NCBI GenBank assembly: GCA_029256085.1
Contig: JAQSYP010000003.1
Coordinates: 3,891-67,890 of the forward strand
Reading direction: 5' to 3'
DNA length: 64,000 nucleotides
DNA from: Bacillales bacterium
Lineage (GTDB): Bacteria > Bacillota > Bacilli > CAJFEE01
A model generated the notes under the pieces. That model did not search any database. It had not been told where the DNA came from and saw only the letters and a program-made list of their open reading frames with translations. Made by a program: the position numbers and the translations under genes. How positions within the stretch are numbered: the first letter of the stretch is position 1; every line of letters begins with the position of its first letter. Shown here one piece after another: positions 1-11,407 of the stretch.

Positions 1-1299
1 AGAGAACGCGTACATATAGCCAAGGAATGCACCTACTAAACCAGGAACAACCCAGCCTACACCTAATGAGAAAAGAGGAACATTTTGGAATAATTTAGTT
101 AAAGTTGGGAGTGTATATCCAGCCGCTTTTAAAGCGTCAAATCCACTCATAACACCGACGAATAACATTGTACAAACGTAAACTGATTGATGACCTTTAA
201 AGAAGTTGTGTGTAAATGCAAGTGCGATTAATGCAATTGCTAACGGGTAAATACCAACTAATACTGGAACTGAGAACTTAAGGATTGTACTTAATCCAAG
301 GTTAGCAAAAAGTGTACTAGAAACTGTTAATACGACAACCCATTGCTTATAAGAAACTTTGTTAAATAACTGAGAGAAATATTGACCACATGAAGTGATT
401 AATCCAACTGAAGTTGTTAAACATGCTAATGCAAAAATTAAACCTAAGACAACTGCACCGAAATCACCAAAAAGATATAACGCTACGTTAGTTAACGTTT
501 TTGCACCTGTCTCTGAAGCCCCGAACATACTTGGACTTGCTGCACCTAAGTATGCCAAAACTCCATAAATTACTGCTAAGAATACACCAACAATTGCTCC
601 CGCTTTGATAGAACTTGAAATAATTACTTTTTCATTTTTTAATCCTAGCTGCATAAATGTCACGGAGATTACAATGCCGAAGTTTAATGCAGCAATAGTA
701 TCCATCGTCATATAGCCGTCAAGGAAACCTTTAAAAAATGGCATAGTAGCATAGTCGCCAGTTGGTGCAGATAAACTACCTAATGGCTTAACTAATGTTG
801 ATACGAATAAAAGTGCGATTAATACTAATAAAGCTGGAGTTAACAACTTACCCATTCTATCAACTAACTTAGTTGGGTTTAAACATAACCAAAAAGCGAG
901 CGCGAAATACGCAAGTGTATATAAGAATAATGCCAACTGTGGCTCAACAGCACCTTTTGGAAGAAACGGTGCAACTCCCATTTCAAATGCGAGACTGCCT
1001 GCTCTTGGAATAGCAAGAAATGGTCCGATTGCTAAGAAAATAACTACTGTAAAAACAACAGCGAATTTAGCTGAAACACGACTTGCTAAGTTTTGAAGAC
1101 CACCTGATTTTGCAACAGCTGCAACACCTAGAACAGGTAAACCAACTGCGGACACTAAAAATCCTGCAAGCGCAACCCAGACATTTGTTCCAGCGGCTTC
1201 TCCAAGTGATGGTGGAAAAATAAGATTTCCAGCTCCGAAAAACATTGAAAATAGCATTAAGCTAACGAATAGTAAATTTTTATTTGATACCTTTTCCAT
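1..1299 (-). CDS. brnQ: Branched-chain amino acid transport system II carrier protein (3' end runs off window)
   Basis: Manual translation from ATG at 1299: MEKVSNKNLLFVSLMLFSMFFGAGNLIFPPSLG, the LIVCS family signature; GGAGG RBS; not in ORF track because truncated. Confidence 0.93.
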   Translation of the reverse strand, partial: MEKVSNKNLLFVSLMLFSMFFGAGNLIFPPSLGEAAGTNVWVALAGFLVSAVGLPVLGVAAVAKSGGLQNLASRVSAKFAVVFTVVIFLAIGPFLAIPRAGSLAFEMGVAPFLPKGAVEPQLALFLYTLAYFALAFWLCLNPTKLVDRMGKLLTPALLVLIALLFVSTLVKPLGSLSAPTGDYATMPFFKGFLDGYMTMDTIAALNFGIVISVTFMQLGLKNEKVIISSSIKAGAIVGVFLAVIYGVLAYLGAASPSMFGASETGAKTLTNVALYLFGDFGAVVLGLIFALACLTTSVGLITSCGQYFSQLFNKVSYKQWVVVLTVSSTLFANLGLSTILKFSVPVLVGIYPLAIALIALAFTHNFFKGHQSVYVCTMLFVGVMSGFDALKAAGYTLPTLTKLFQNVPLFSLGVGWVVPGLVGAFLGYMYAFS

Positions 1300-1397
1300 A
1301 GTAGTAAAACCTCCACGTTAAATTGTTTTTATATATAAAGCTTCTAATGTCTATAATGTCACTCTGCATATAAGACCACCCCCATAAATTCTAGTTG

Positions 1398-1653
1398 AAA
1401 AAACAAAAAACTCGCCCCTAAAGAAAGGGACGAGTTGAACCCGCGTTACCACCCAAATTTGATAATAAATCACACTTTGCAACGTACATATTATACGCGA
1501 CCTTTTTAACGGCAGGTTCCCGTCAGCTCCTACTATAATGTTTGGAACTGATTCTCAGAGATGATATTCAATCAAGACCTGAACATCGGCTTTCAGCGAC
1601 CACCGACTCTCTTTAGGACAGATTACTTAACTTACTTGTTCTCTTCAACGAAT
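1398..1653 (-). ncRNA. T-box riboswitch, probably Ile-specific, controlling brnQ
   Basis: Minus strand has AGAGA/GCTGA stem I motifs, specifier loop GAA..ATC, T-box TTTGGGTGGTAACGCG and terminator CTCGTCCC...GGGGCGAG-T-tract. Confidence 0.9.
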
Positions 1654-1687
1654 TTTTAAATTATTTTGAATATTTGTATAGTTATGG

Positions 1688-1716
1688 ATTATAGCAGTAA
1701 AAAAACACTTTGTAAA
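1688..1716 (-). promoter_or_regulatory. SigA-type promoter for the T-box/brnQ leader
   Basis: TTTACA-17 bp-TATAAT on minus strand just upstream of the T-box. Confidence 0.65.
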
Positions 1717-1806
1717 CTCCTGTTTAGAAAATTTATTTCAAAACTTATAAAATTGGTGAAAATAGTGTTATACTTTCATATGTATTAATTTTTTGGAGGA
1801 TTATGA

Positions 1807-3399
<1,593 letters not shown>

Positions 3400-3405
3400 A
3401 AATTC

Positions 3406-3437
3406 AGGACAGTGAGAAAACTTGCTGTCCTTTTTTG
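3406..3437 (+). terminator. Intrinsic terminator
   Basis: AGGACAG...CTGTCCT followed by T-tract. Confidence 0.75.
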
Positions 3438-3573
3438 TATTGTTATGTGAGAATATGTAGAATTATTTCCCAGGAAAAGAAATATATTTTATAATTTTTG
3501 ATTTTCTTAATCTATTGTTATTCTAGTAGTGATAAAATATATAGTAACCGTTTTCAATATAGGAGGATATTTG

Positions 3574-4800
3574 ATGAGTAGATTTAATGAATATTTTTTA
3601 ATGAAAACTGAAGATGTAATAGATTATGTTAGAGATAAACTTAATATTTTTCCAGATAATGCTCAGTTAAGTTGTGTTGAAATTGGAGATGGCAACTTAA
3701 ACTATGTTTTTAGAGTTGAGGATGTTGAGACAAATAAATCTATCATTGTTAAACAGGCAGGAGTCACTGCTAGAATATCAGATGAATTCAAATTATCGCC
3801 CGATAGAAATAGAATTGAAACAGAGGTGTTGATTTTACAAGGTGAGTTAGCACCTGGGTTAGTACCTCAAGTAATCTTGTTAGACAACACAATGAGTTGT
3901 TGTGTGATGGAGGATTTAAGAGATTATACTATAATGAGACAAGCATTAATAAGTCATGAGGTATTTCCTAAATTCGCGGACCATATAACTACGTTTCTAG
4001 CAAATACATTATTACTAACAAGTGACGTTGTAATGGACCATAAGGAAAAAAAGAAGTTAGTTGTGAACTACATTAATCCTGAACTTTGTGAGATTTCTGA
4101 AGATCTAGTTTATACTGAACCATTTAATGATATTAATAATAGAAACGAACTATTTGAAGCAAACAAGTCTTGGATAATAGAAAATATCTACAAAGACGAT
4201 GCTTTAAGGTTAGAAGCTGCTAAATTAAAATTTGAATTTATGACCAATACTGAAAGTTTAATCCATGGTGATTTGCATACGGGTTCAATTTTTATTAATA
4301 AAGAATCAACAAAAGTTATTGATCCGGAGTTTGCTTTCTATGGTCCTATGGGATACGACATTGGAAATGTTATAGCAAATTTGATTTTCGCATGGGTAAA
4401 TGCTGACGCGACAATTAATGATGAACATAAAAAAGCAGAGTATAAGGATTGGCTAGAAAAAACAATTATTAGCGTAATTGATTTATTTAGTAATAAATTC
4501 TTAGACTTATGGAAAATAAATGTTAACGATAAATTAGCTAAAGAAAACGGATTTGACAGATGGTATCTTAATAGAGTTATACAAGATACTGCAGGTGTAG
4601 CTGGATTAGAGTTGTCTAGAAGAATAATTGGGTTAGCAAAAGTTAAAGATATTACTTCTATAGAAGATATAAACAAAAGAGTGAAGGCAGAAAGAATCTG
4701 TCTAAGTGTAGCTAAGGACTACATTAAAAATAGAAGTGATTTCCGTGAGGGTAATGATTTTATACAAGCACTCAATAATGCAGAGCGACTATTTAAATAA
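3574..4800 (+). CDS. mtnK: S-methyl-5-thioribose / 5-deoxyribose kinase
   Basis: [30 protein letters not shown] motifs; start moved to ATG 3574 after AGGAGG. Confidence 0.9.
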   Translation: MSRFNEYFLMKTEDVIDYVRDKLNIFPDNAQLSCVEIGDGNLNYVFRVEDVETNKSIIVKQAGVTARISDEFKLSPDRNRIETEVLILQGELAPGLVPQVILLDNTMSCCVMEDLRDYTIMRQALISHEVFPKFADHITTFLANTLLLTSDVVMDHKEKKKLVVNYINPELCEISEDLVYTEPFNDINNRNELFEANKSWIIENIYKDDALRLEAAKLKFEFMTNTESLIHGDLHTGSIFINKESTKVIDPEFAFYGPMGYDIGNVIANLIFAWVNADATINDEHKKAEYKDWLEKTIISVIDLFSNKFLDLWKINVNDKLAKENGFDRWYLNRVIQDTAGVAGLELSRRIIGLAKVKDITSIEDINKRVKAERICLSVAKDYIKNRSDFREGNDFIQALNNAERLFK

Positions 4801-4818
4801 TATTTTAAGGAGATAAAT

Positions 4819-5862
4819 ATGTCAGAACTACTACCTATTCAATGGAAAAATGATAAATTGGTGCTTTTAGACCAAACGGTTCTACCTAACGAAATAATTT
4901 ATGAAGAGTTCGAAACGATTGAGAGTGTTTGGGATGCGATTGTCGTAATGAAGGTAAGAGGGGCACCTGCAATTGGGGTATCTGCAGCTTACGGACTTTA
5001 TCTAGGTGTAAGAGAATTAGAATGTAATGATAGCAAAGAATTTTATGAGCAGGTTAAGGGAAAGGCAGCATACTTAGCTACATCCCGTCCGACTGCTGTT
5101 AATCTTTTCTGGGCATTAGAACGTATGGAAAATAAAGCAGAGCAGCTTGTGGATTTACCTGTTTCTTTAATGAAGGATGCTTTATTAGAAGAGGCTAAGT
5201 TAATTCACAAGGAAGACGAAGAAATTAATAGAATGATTGGCGAGAATTTATTAACTCTTCTAAAAGATGGAGTAGGGATTCTAACACATTGTAATGCAGG
5301 GGCTTTAGCGACAACTAAATATGGTACAGCAACTGCACCAATGTATTTAGCTAAGGAAAAAGGATGGAACTTTAAAGTATATTCAGATGAAACTAGACCT
5401 CGCCTTCAAGGATCTACCTTGACTGCTTTAGAGCTTCATCTGGCAGGAATAGACGTTACTGTAATTACTGATAATATGGCGGCAATGGTTATGTCACAAG
5501 GGAAAGTAGATGCTGTTATTGTTGGAACTGATAGGGTAGCAGCAAATGGAGATGTAGCCAATAAAATAGGAACGTTAGGAGTATCAATTTTAGCTAAGTA
5601 CTATAACATACCTTTTTATGTCGCGACACCTACTCCTACTATAGATTTAAGAACAGCAACTGGCAAAGAAATACCAATTGAAGAAAGAGAAACTACCGAA
5701 GTTACGAGTCGATTCGGATTAGAAACTGCACCAAAAGGTGTAAAGGTATATAATCCGGCATTCGATGTTACTCCTAATGAAAATGTAACTGCTATAATTA
5801 CAGAAAAGGGAATTGTCTATCCACCATTTGACGTAAACCTTAAAAAATTATTTGAACAATAG
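4819..5862 (+). CDS. mtnA: Methylthioribose-1-P / 5-deoxyribose-1-P isomerase
   Basis: [40 protein letters not shown] motifs. Confidence 0.92.
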   Translation: MSELLPIQWKNDKLVLLDQTVLPNEIIYEEFETIESVWDAIVVMKVRGAPAIGVSAAYGLYLGVRELECNDSKEFYEQVKGKAAYLATSRPTAVNLFWALERMENKAEQLVDLPVSLMKDALLEEAKLIHKEDEEINRMIGENLLTLLKDGVGILTHCNAGALATTKYGTATAPMYLAKEKGWNFKVYSDETRPRLQGSTLTALELHLAGIDVTVITDNMAAMVMSQGKVDAVIVGTDRVAANGDVANKIGTLGVSILAKYYNIPFYVATPTPTIDLRTATGKEIPIEERETTEVTSRFGLETAPKGVKVYNPAFDVTPNENVTAIITEKGIVYPPFDVNLKKLFEQ

Positions 5863-5873
5863 GGAGTTAAAAA

Positions 5874-6518
5874 ATGCTACTTCTACAAAAAGAGCGTGAA
5901 CTTATAGTTGAATATTGTAAAAAACTTATAACAAATGGACTAACAAAAGGAACGGGTGGCAATATTAGTATTTTCAATCGTGATGAAGGGTTGGTCGCTA
6001 TTAGTCCTAGTGGTATTGATTATTTTCAAACTAATCCTGAAGATATAGTCGTAATAGATTTAGATGGAAAAATAATTGATGGTAATAGAAAGCCTTCATC
6101 TGAGTTAGAAATGCATACTATCTTCTATAAAAATAGAGATGATATTGATGTTATAGTTCATACACACTCACCATTTGCTAAAACAATTGCTACGCTAAAT
6201 TGGGAATTACCACCTGTCTCGTATTTAGTTGCATTTGCCGGTCCAAACGTAAGGTGTGCTAATTATGCAACTTTTGGAACTAGTGATCTTGCAAAAAATG
6301 CATTTGAAGCAATGATAGATAGAAGAGCAGTTTTATTAGCAAATCATGGCCTTCTTGCAGGTGCTCACAATATCGAAACAGCGTTTACTATTGCAGAAGA
6401 AATAGAGTTCTGCTGTGAAATCTACTACAGAACAAAATCAATTGGTGAGCCCGTGATGCTCTCGAAAGAAGAGATGGAAATCCTAAGTGAAAAATTTAAA
6501 ACTTACGGGCAAAGATGA
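5874..6518 (+). CDS. Class II (FucA-like) aldolase, likely 5-deoxyribulose-1-P aldolase (DrdA/Ald2)
   Basis: GTGGNIS, PSSE, HTHS, LLANHG motifs; operon position after mtnK-mtnA. Confidence 0.82.
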   Translation: MLLLQKERELIVEYCKKLITNGLTKGTGGNISIFNRDEGLVAISPSGIDYFQTNPEDIVVIDLDGKIIDGNRKPSSELEMHTIFYKNRDDIDVIVHTHSPFAKTIATLNWELPPVSYLVAFAGPNVRCANYATFGTSDLAKNAFEAMIDRRAVLLANHGLLAGAHNIETAFTIAEEIEFCCEIYYRTKSIGEPVMLSKEEMEILSEKFKTYGQR

Positions 6519-6793
6519 AAAAAGAAAGGTGTTTTAAATTGGAACAAGGCCCCCATATAATCGCCCATAAGCATTCGATTAATAATCAAGAATCAATAGA
6601 AGTATCTGAAATTTGTGGTTGTTTTTACTGTTTAGAATTTTTCTCTCCAGATGAAGTTGAAGAGTGGATTGATGATGTAAATGGTAAAACAGCACTATGC
6701 CCTCATTGTGGTATAGATTCGGTTATTGGTGATGCTGCGGGTTACTCATTGAATGAAACATTCTTAGAAAAAATGCATGAATATTGGTTTTAA
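6515..6793 (+). CDS. Small Cys-rich putative metal-binding protein
   Basis: CGCFYC...CPHCGIDSVIG; ATGA overlap with aldolase stop; followed by terminator. Confidence 0.75.
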   Translation: MKKERCFKLEQGPHIIAHKHSINNQESIEVSEICGCFYCLEFFSPDEVEEWIDDVNGKTALCPHCGIDSVIGDAAGYSLNETFLEKMHEYWF

Positions 6794-6798
6794 TATTA

Positions 6799-6832
6799 AA
6801 AGCCTTCTCGGTTTGTATGGGAAGGTTTTTTT
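6799..6832 (+). terminator. Intrinsic terminator of mtnK operon
   Basis: AAGCCTTCTC...GGGAAGGTTT followed by T-tract. Confidence 0.7.
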
Positions 6833-6942
6833 AGCTAGTAGGAAAGTATAAACTTTGACTAGTTCATACTTTCCTGACGCATAAGTGCAACTACGGCTCT
6901 GCCGTCGCCTTAAAGGCTCGGCAATCGCCGAGTTTTCTTTAT
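6833..6942 (+). repeat. Repeat family A, copy 1 (~110 bp structured intergenic element)
   Basis: Near-identical to 37147-37255 and to the reverse complement of 48738-48848. Confidence 0.9.
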
Positions 6943-7033
6943 GTCATTAAAACTGTTTTGACAAAGGATAAGTATGGTAAGATATAAGGTAATTTAAAAT
7001 TATAATATTATTCAGTACTTACGGAGGATATTT

Positions 7034-7501
7034 ATGGAATGGATTTTAAAGAACTTCAAGGACTTAACCGTAGAAGAATTATATCGGATACTATCATTAA
7101 GAGGCGAGATATTTATAGTAGAACAAAATTGTCCTTACCAAGATATTGATTTTAAAGATTTAAAATCTAAACATCTTTTTGCGGTAATAGACGGTGAAGT
7201 AGCAGCGTATTGCCGTATTGTTGAAAAGGGCGTCTCCTTTGATGAAGTTTCAATCGGAAGAGTAGTAGTTAAAGATAAATATAGAACTATTGGACTTGGA
7301 CAACAAATGCTGCGAATGGCGATAAAGTATATAACTGACGAGATGAATGAACTTAATATTAGAATTTCGGCTCAAGCATATCTGAAAAAATTCTATTGTT
7401 CTCTAGGGTTTGAACAAGTTTCAGATGAATACCTAGAGGATGATATACCTCACATAGAAATGTTAAGAAATAAAGATATCTCGGCGATTGACGAGCATTA
7501 A
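7034..7501 (+). CDS. GNAT family N-acetyltransferase (ElaA-like)
   Basis: FIVEQNCPYQDID, IGRVVV, SAQAYL..FY..LGF, EDDIPHIEM. Confidence 0.88.
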   Translation: MEWILKNFKDLTVEELYRILSLRGEIFIVEQNCPYQDIDFKDLKSKHLFAVIDGEVAAYCRIVEKGVSFDEVSIGRVVVKDKYRTIGLGQQMLRMAIKYITDEMNELNIRISAQAYLKKFYCSLGFEQVSDEYLEDDIPHIEMLRNKDISAIDEH

Positions 7502-7541
7502 AGCGATGAGGAAGAGCATTAGTTGCAGTTTCTTATTAGCC
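7470..7541 (-). repeat. Repeat family A, degenerate internally deleted copy overlapping the GNAT 3' end
   Basis: Reverse complement GGCTAATAAGAAAC-TGCAACTA..GCTC..TCGCTTTAA..CTCGTCAATCGCCGAG..CTTTAT aligns to both ends of family A. Confidence 0.7.
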
Positions 7542-7572
7542 AATAAAAATAGCCAAGCGTAAAATCGCTTGG

Positions 7573-8301
7573 CTATAGTTTTACAGATTCAATTACTGTT
7601 GCTTTATCGTCTTTTGTAAAAGAGTCTTTGTATTCAACTCTATCAATAACACAATCTTTTCCAATTGTTATCACACTACCACGAACTACTTTAGCTTTTG
7701 TGTTTTCTAGCTCGATAATGTCACCTTCAATAATATCAGCCGTCAAACCATCTTTTATTTCGATGAAAGATAAGAACTTATGGATAAACTTTTTTAACTT
7801 TGCCATTGTAGGTTTTATCTTTACTTTAACGTTTTCAGCGCCAATTTCTTTAGCGTAAGCCTTACCTACAATTTCGACATTTACATCACCCGCATTTAGA
7901 AGTCCATCTATATTAAACATTCCTTGGGAGTTAAATTGTTCAGCGTTGCAATCACCTTTAACCTTTAAAACTCCTCTAGTTTTAATAATATCAGTATTTA
8001 AAGAACCATCAATCTCTAAATATCCATCAACCTTAACATCTTTAGAAATTACACTACCTTCAATATCTAAGTGCCCATTAACTGTAAGGAAGTCTGCAGT
8101 AACCTTCCCGTTTACTTCACTTGTTCCGTTGATTGTTAACTTCTTCGTCTCAACATTCCCTAAAACTTCTGATACTCCATTTGTCTTAAAGGTAGAGCAT
8201 ACAAGATCACCTTTTATATCACCGTTACCATTAATAATAACTTTATCGTAAAATCCACCACTGGAAGATCCAGTACCATCAATTTTTAAGCTGGATTTCA
8301 T
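7573..8301 (-). CDS. Bactofilin-like polymer-forming protein (YhbE/YhbF-like)
   Basis: Gly/Val-rich beta-helix repeats; ends IEGD.IELE.T.A.VVRG...IG..C.ID.VEY; follows yhbD. Confidence 0.82.
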   Translation of the reverse strand: MKSSLKIDGTGSSSGGFYDKVIINGNGDIKGDLVCSTFKTNGVSEVLGNVETKKLTINGTSEVNGKVTADFLTVNGHLDIEGSVISKDVKVDGYLEIDGSLNTDIIKTRGVLKVKGDCNAEQFNSQGMFNIDGLLNAGDVNVEIVGKAYAKEIGAENVKVKIKPTMAKLKKFIHKFLSFIEIKDGLTADIIEGDIIELENTKAKVVRGSVITIGKDCVIDRVEYKDSFTKDDKATVIESVKL

Positions 8302-8302
8302 A

Positions 8303-8932
8303 TTATAAACCTCCTAACTTTGATCTAAGTGTATCAATTTCATTTGAATAATCTATATTTGCTATTACTTTAGCTTTGTCTTCAATATAAAAATTTGAGT
8401 GACTAGAAATAATGAAGCACGTTGTAATACCTAGTTTTCTAGAAATGATAATATTAAAATTTGATTCGGTTTTTTGAGAAAGATTTCCCTCTAAAGTTTT
8501 TACAATTGATTTGCAATCCTCTAAAGTAATATCTCCGTTCTCAAGTTGCGTATTTACAATATACATATGTGCAATATTTTTTAGATTAAAAGTCACTTTG
8601 CTAGGATATAAACTTAAAAATAATTGCAAAGTATTATTTGAAACAATGTTGCGTTGCTCTAAGTCAGATACTGTAAGATTTACATTAGAAAAGTTAGGAG
8701 AGAAATGGTCAGAGATTTCATCTAGGGAAAGGTCGTCTTTCATACTTTGGATCTTTTCAATTCTTTGAACTATCTCACCCTTTGGAAAGAAAGTTTCCTG
8801 TCCCGTAAATGTTGATTTTCTAATAAACCAATGCTCTGGTATTAAATTTTTTCTTTTCCATCTGTATAGTTGTCCGTAAGTTATGTTCATTAAGTCTAAT
8901 AAGTCTTTTTTGGAAATAAGTTCCTTTTCCAT
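8303..8932 (-). CDS. yhbD: YhbD family protein (DUF4004)
   Basis: LISKKDLL...ITYGQLYRWKRKNLIPE.WFIRKSTFTGQETFFP. Confidence 0.85.
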   Translation of the reverse strand: MEKELISKKDLLDLMNITYGQLYRWKRKNLIPEHWFIRKSTFTGQETFFPKGEIVQRIEKIQSMKDDLSLDEISDHFSPNFSNVNLTVSDLEQRNIVSNNTLQLFLSLYPSKVTFNLKNIAHMYIVNTQLENGDITLEDCKSIVKTLEGNLSQKTESNFNIIISRKLGITTCFIISSHSNFYIEDKAKVIANIDYSNEIDTLRSKLGGL

Positions 8933-8951
8933 AATTTATCACCTCACTACG

Positions 8952-8980
8952 AGTGTAACATAACACTGTTACACTGTAAA
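8952..8980 (-). promoter_or_regulatory. yhbD promoter with overlapping perfect 9-6-9 palindrome
   Basis: TTTACA-17-(TG-N-)TACACT on minus strand; AGTGTAACA-N6-TGTTACACT at 8952-8975. Confidence 0.6.
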
Positions 8981-9109
8981 GATTAGCTCAAAAAAACTTA
9001 CGACAAAAATATTTCTAGTTTTAATAATACTAAAATATAATTATTTAATGATTGTTTATAAATGTATGATTACTTCCGCAAGGGGTTTAAATGGTATTGC
9101 AAGATCGGT

Positions 9110-9143
9110 AAATGCACATAGAAAGGTTTCTATGTGCATTTTA
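9110..9143. terminator. Strong hairpin / terminator
   Basis: AAATGCACATAGAAA-GG-TTTCTATGTGCATTT perfect inverted repeat. Confidence 0.6.
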
Positions 9144-9237
9144 AACTATTTCTATTAAAGTAGAGAAGCTTTCATTAAAAATTAAATATACTTGAATAAT
9201 AAAATAAAAGGACCAAATGGCCCTTTTGGGTATAATT

Positions 9238-10551
9238 TTAGCTAACTTCTTTTGTTATATTTTTTCCTTTTGAAGGGGTAACTGAAATACCTGTGGACTC
9301 CTCAAAGTTATACAAACTTGTAGGTAAATCTGTAAAACGTTCAAGTTCATTGTAAGCTGGTATTCCGTGATAGGACATGTCTAAACCTTCTTCCTCTTCG
9401 CGGTCGGTCGCACGGAATCCAACAGTTTTTTCGCATAACTTTGAAACAAATGTACCACCAATAAGTCCCCAAGCAACTACGACAAATGCACCTAGTATTT
9501 GAACAGATAGTAAAGAATAGTTTCCGGTAGTTAGCAGTCCTTCACCATTGTCGAACAAACCTACTGCGATTGTACCGAATACACCGTTGAACCCATGAAC
9601 TGCAACCGCTCCAACCGGATCATCAACTTTTAAATTATCTACGAATAGTGTTGCGTAAATAACTATTAGTCCACTAATTGCACCAATTATAATAGCGCTC
9701 CATGTTGATACAAACGCGCATCCAGCTGTAATTGCAACGAGTCCAGATAGAACGCCGTTTATCGTCATACTTGGATCTGCTTTCCCAAACTTTCTAATAG
9801 TCATAAAAAGTGCGGATGCGCCACCGCTTGCTCCTGCCAACATAGTGTTTAATGCTATTAATGCTAAACTACTATTTGAAGCATCTAACGTACTTCCTGC
9901 ATTAAATGCAAACCAACCGAACCACAGAATAAAAGCGCCAGCTGATGCAAGTGGAATATTACTTGGTGCGAAAACATTAGTACTGCCATCTGAATTAAAA
10001 CGTCCTTTTCGCGGACCTAAATTTTTTGCCATTGCAAATGCTGCAAACCCTCCTACTGCATGGATAACTGCAGAACCTGCAAAATCTTTCATTCCTAAAC
10101 TAGCTAACCATCCATCGCTATTCCATACCCAATGTCCTGATAGAGGATAAATTATTAAACATATGAGAGCTGCGGTTATTATGTATGCATTAAAATTCAT
10201 ACGTTCAGCAACTGCGCCAGAAATTATTGATATACATGCTACGGCAAAACCGATTTGAAATAATACAAATGCAGCGCTAGGTAATGGAACTGATAGGACT
10301 ATGTTTTCTGGACTACCGAAGAGACTTGTTCCGATCAAACCCATAGCATCATCTCCGAACATTATTCCGAAGCCGATCAACCAAAAAGCTAAAGCACCAA
10401 CTGTTAAATCAACGAATATTTTCATTGTTACATTTACGGCATTTTTAGTACGAACAAAACCTGCTTCAAGAAGACTGAATCCGCCTTCCATAAATAAAAC
10501 CATTGCAGATGCTATAACTATCCAAATTGCGTTTAAATGAATAAGCTCCAT
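9238..10551 (-). CDS. amtB: Ammonium transporter
   Basis: GF.LLEAG, SGAVAER, DFAGS.VIH, LWFGWF.FNAGS, DDPVGA.AVHG. Confidence 0.95.
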   Translation of the reverse strand: MELIHLNAIWIVIASAMVLFMEGGFSLLEAGFVRTKNAVNVTMKIFVDLTVGALAFWLIGFGIMFGDDAMGLIGTSLFGSPENIVLSVPLPSAAFVLFQIGFAVACISIISGAVAERMNFNAYIITAALICLIIYPLSGHWVWNSDGWLASLGMKDFAGSAVIHAVGGFAAFAMAKNLGPRKGRFNSDGSTNVFAPSNIPLASAGAFILWFGWFAFNAGSTLDASNSSLALIALNTMLAGASGGASALFMTIRKFGKADPSMTINGVLSGLVAITAGCAFVSTWSAIIIGAISGLIVIYATLFVDNLKVDDPVGAVAVHGFNGVFGTIAVGLFDNGEGLLTTGNYSLLSVQILGAFVVVAWGLIGGTFVSKLCEKTVGFRATDREEEEGLDMSYHGIPAYNELERFTDLPTSLYNFEESTGISVTPSKGKNITKEVS

Positions 10552-10556
10552 TGCTA

Positions 10557-10916
10557 TTAACCCTCCTCGATGACTAGATCATCGATGTCAAAATCAGGTG
10601 CACCAGTTCTGATGTTATAAGCATCTAGAATCGGAAACACATAGATTTTCCCATCGCCATCTTCGCCTGTTTGTGCGGAATCGACTATTGATTTAATCGT
10701 TGGTTCTACCATGTAATCGGAAAGTATAATTTCTAATTTTACTTTCGGGTGAAGTGATACTTTATAATTCTTACCTCTATATACTCCTTGGGTATCTTTT
10801 TGTTTCCCTCTCCCGACAACCTGGGATACAGTAAATCCGGTGATACCTATATTTTTCAAACCTTTTATTGTTTCTGTTAGTCGCTCTGGTCGAATTATTG
10901 CTTCAATTTTCTTCAT
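10557..10916 (-). CDS. glnK: P-II nitrogen regulator
   Basis: MKKIEAIIRP, GRGKQK, YRG, TGEDGDGKI; upstream of amtB. Confidence 0.92.
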   Translation of the reverse strand: MKKIEAIIRPERLTETIKGLKNIGITGFTVSQVVGRGKQKDTQGVYRGKNYKVSLHPKVKLEIILSDYMVEPTIKSIVDSAQTGEDGDGKIYVFPILDAYNIRTGAPDFDIDDLVIEEG

Positions 10917-10938
10917 GTAAATTGACCCACCTATCTAA

Positions 10939-10977
10939 TGTTAGTTTTCATTACATCTTATGTAAAATATTATAACA
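10939..10977. promoter_or_regulatory. Two GlnR/TnrA boxes overlapping the glnK-amtB promoter
   Basis: TGTTA-N7-TTACA (10939-10955) and TGTAA-N7-TAACA (10961-10977); extended -10 TG-N-TATAAT on minus strand lies within the second box. Confidence 0.8.
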
Positions 10978-11104
10978 AATGTATTTAGGGGTCAATGGCA
11001 TTATATGTAAAAGTTATAAAAGGTAAAAAATATATGCTTTGTAATATTTTAATGGTATTTACCTAGACTATCATTATGTGATTTAAGTAAAGGGGGATCT
11101 ATCG

Positions 11105-11341
11105 TTGGTTAATAAAAGTAATGAATTGTTAAATGGATGGACGCTGATTGCTCGCCAAACATATAAAGTATATTCGAACAATAACTCCTATGTGGTAATG
11201 GATAGTGATAATGATGTTGTTATGATTTGTTTAGTAACTGAACAGGATTTTGAAGTTGTTTCATCAAACTGGAATTTAAATTTTAAAATAATACCAGCTT
11301 TTAAGACCGTCAAAATTTTGAATGTTCCTGATGAAGACTAG
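11105..11341 (+). CDS. Hypothetical protein
   Basis: 78-aa ORF with AAGGGGGA RBS and downstream hairpin; no recognisable motif. Confidence 0.55.
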   Translation: MVNKSNELLNGWTLIARQTYKVYSNNNSYVVMDSDNDVVMICLVTEQDFEVVSSNWNLNFKIIPAFKTVKILNVPDED

Positions 11342-11407
11342 GTTTTATTGAATGTAAAAAAGGTCACGCAATCGTGACCTTTCATATGAAAAAATAAAAA
11401 CATAGTT

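Noticed and set aside
3437..3573. S-box (SAM) riboswitch before mtnK
   Set aside because: No TTATC...GATAA P1 or other S-box core, and the gap is short
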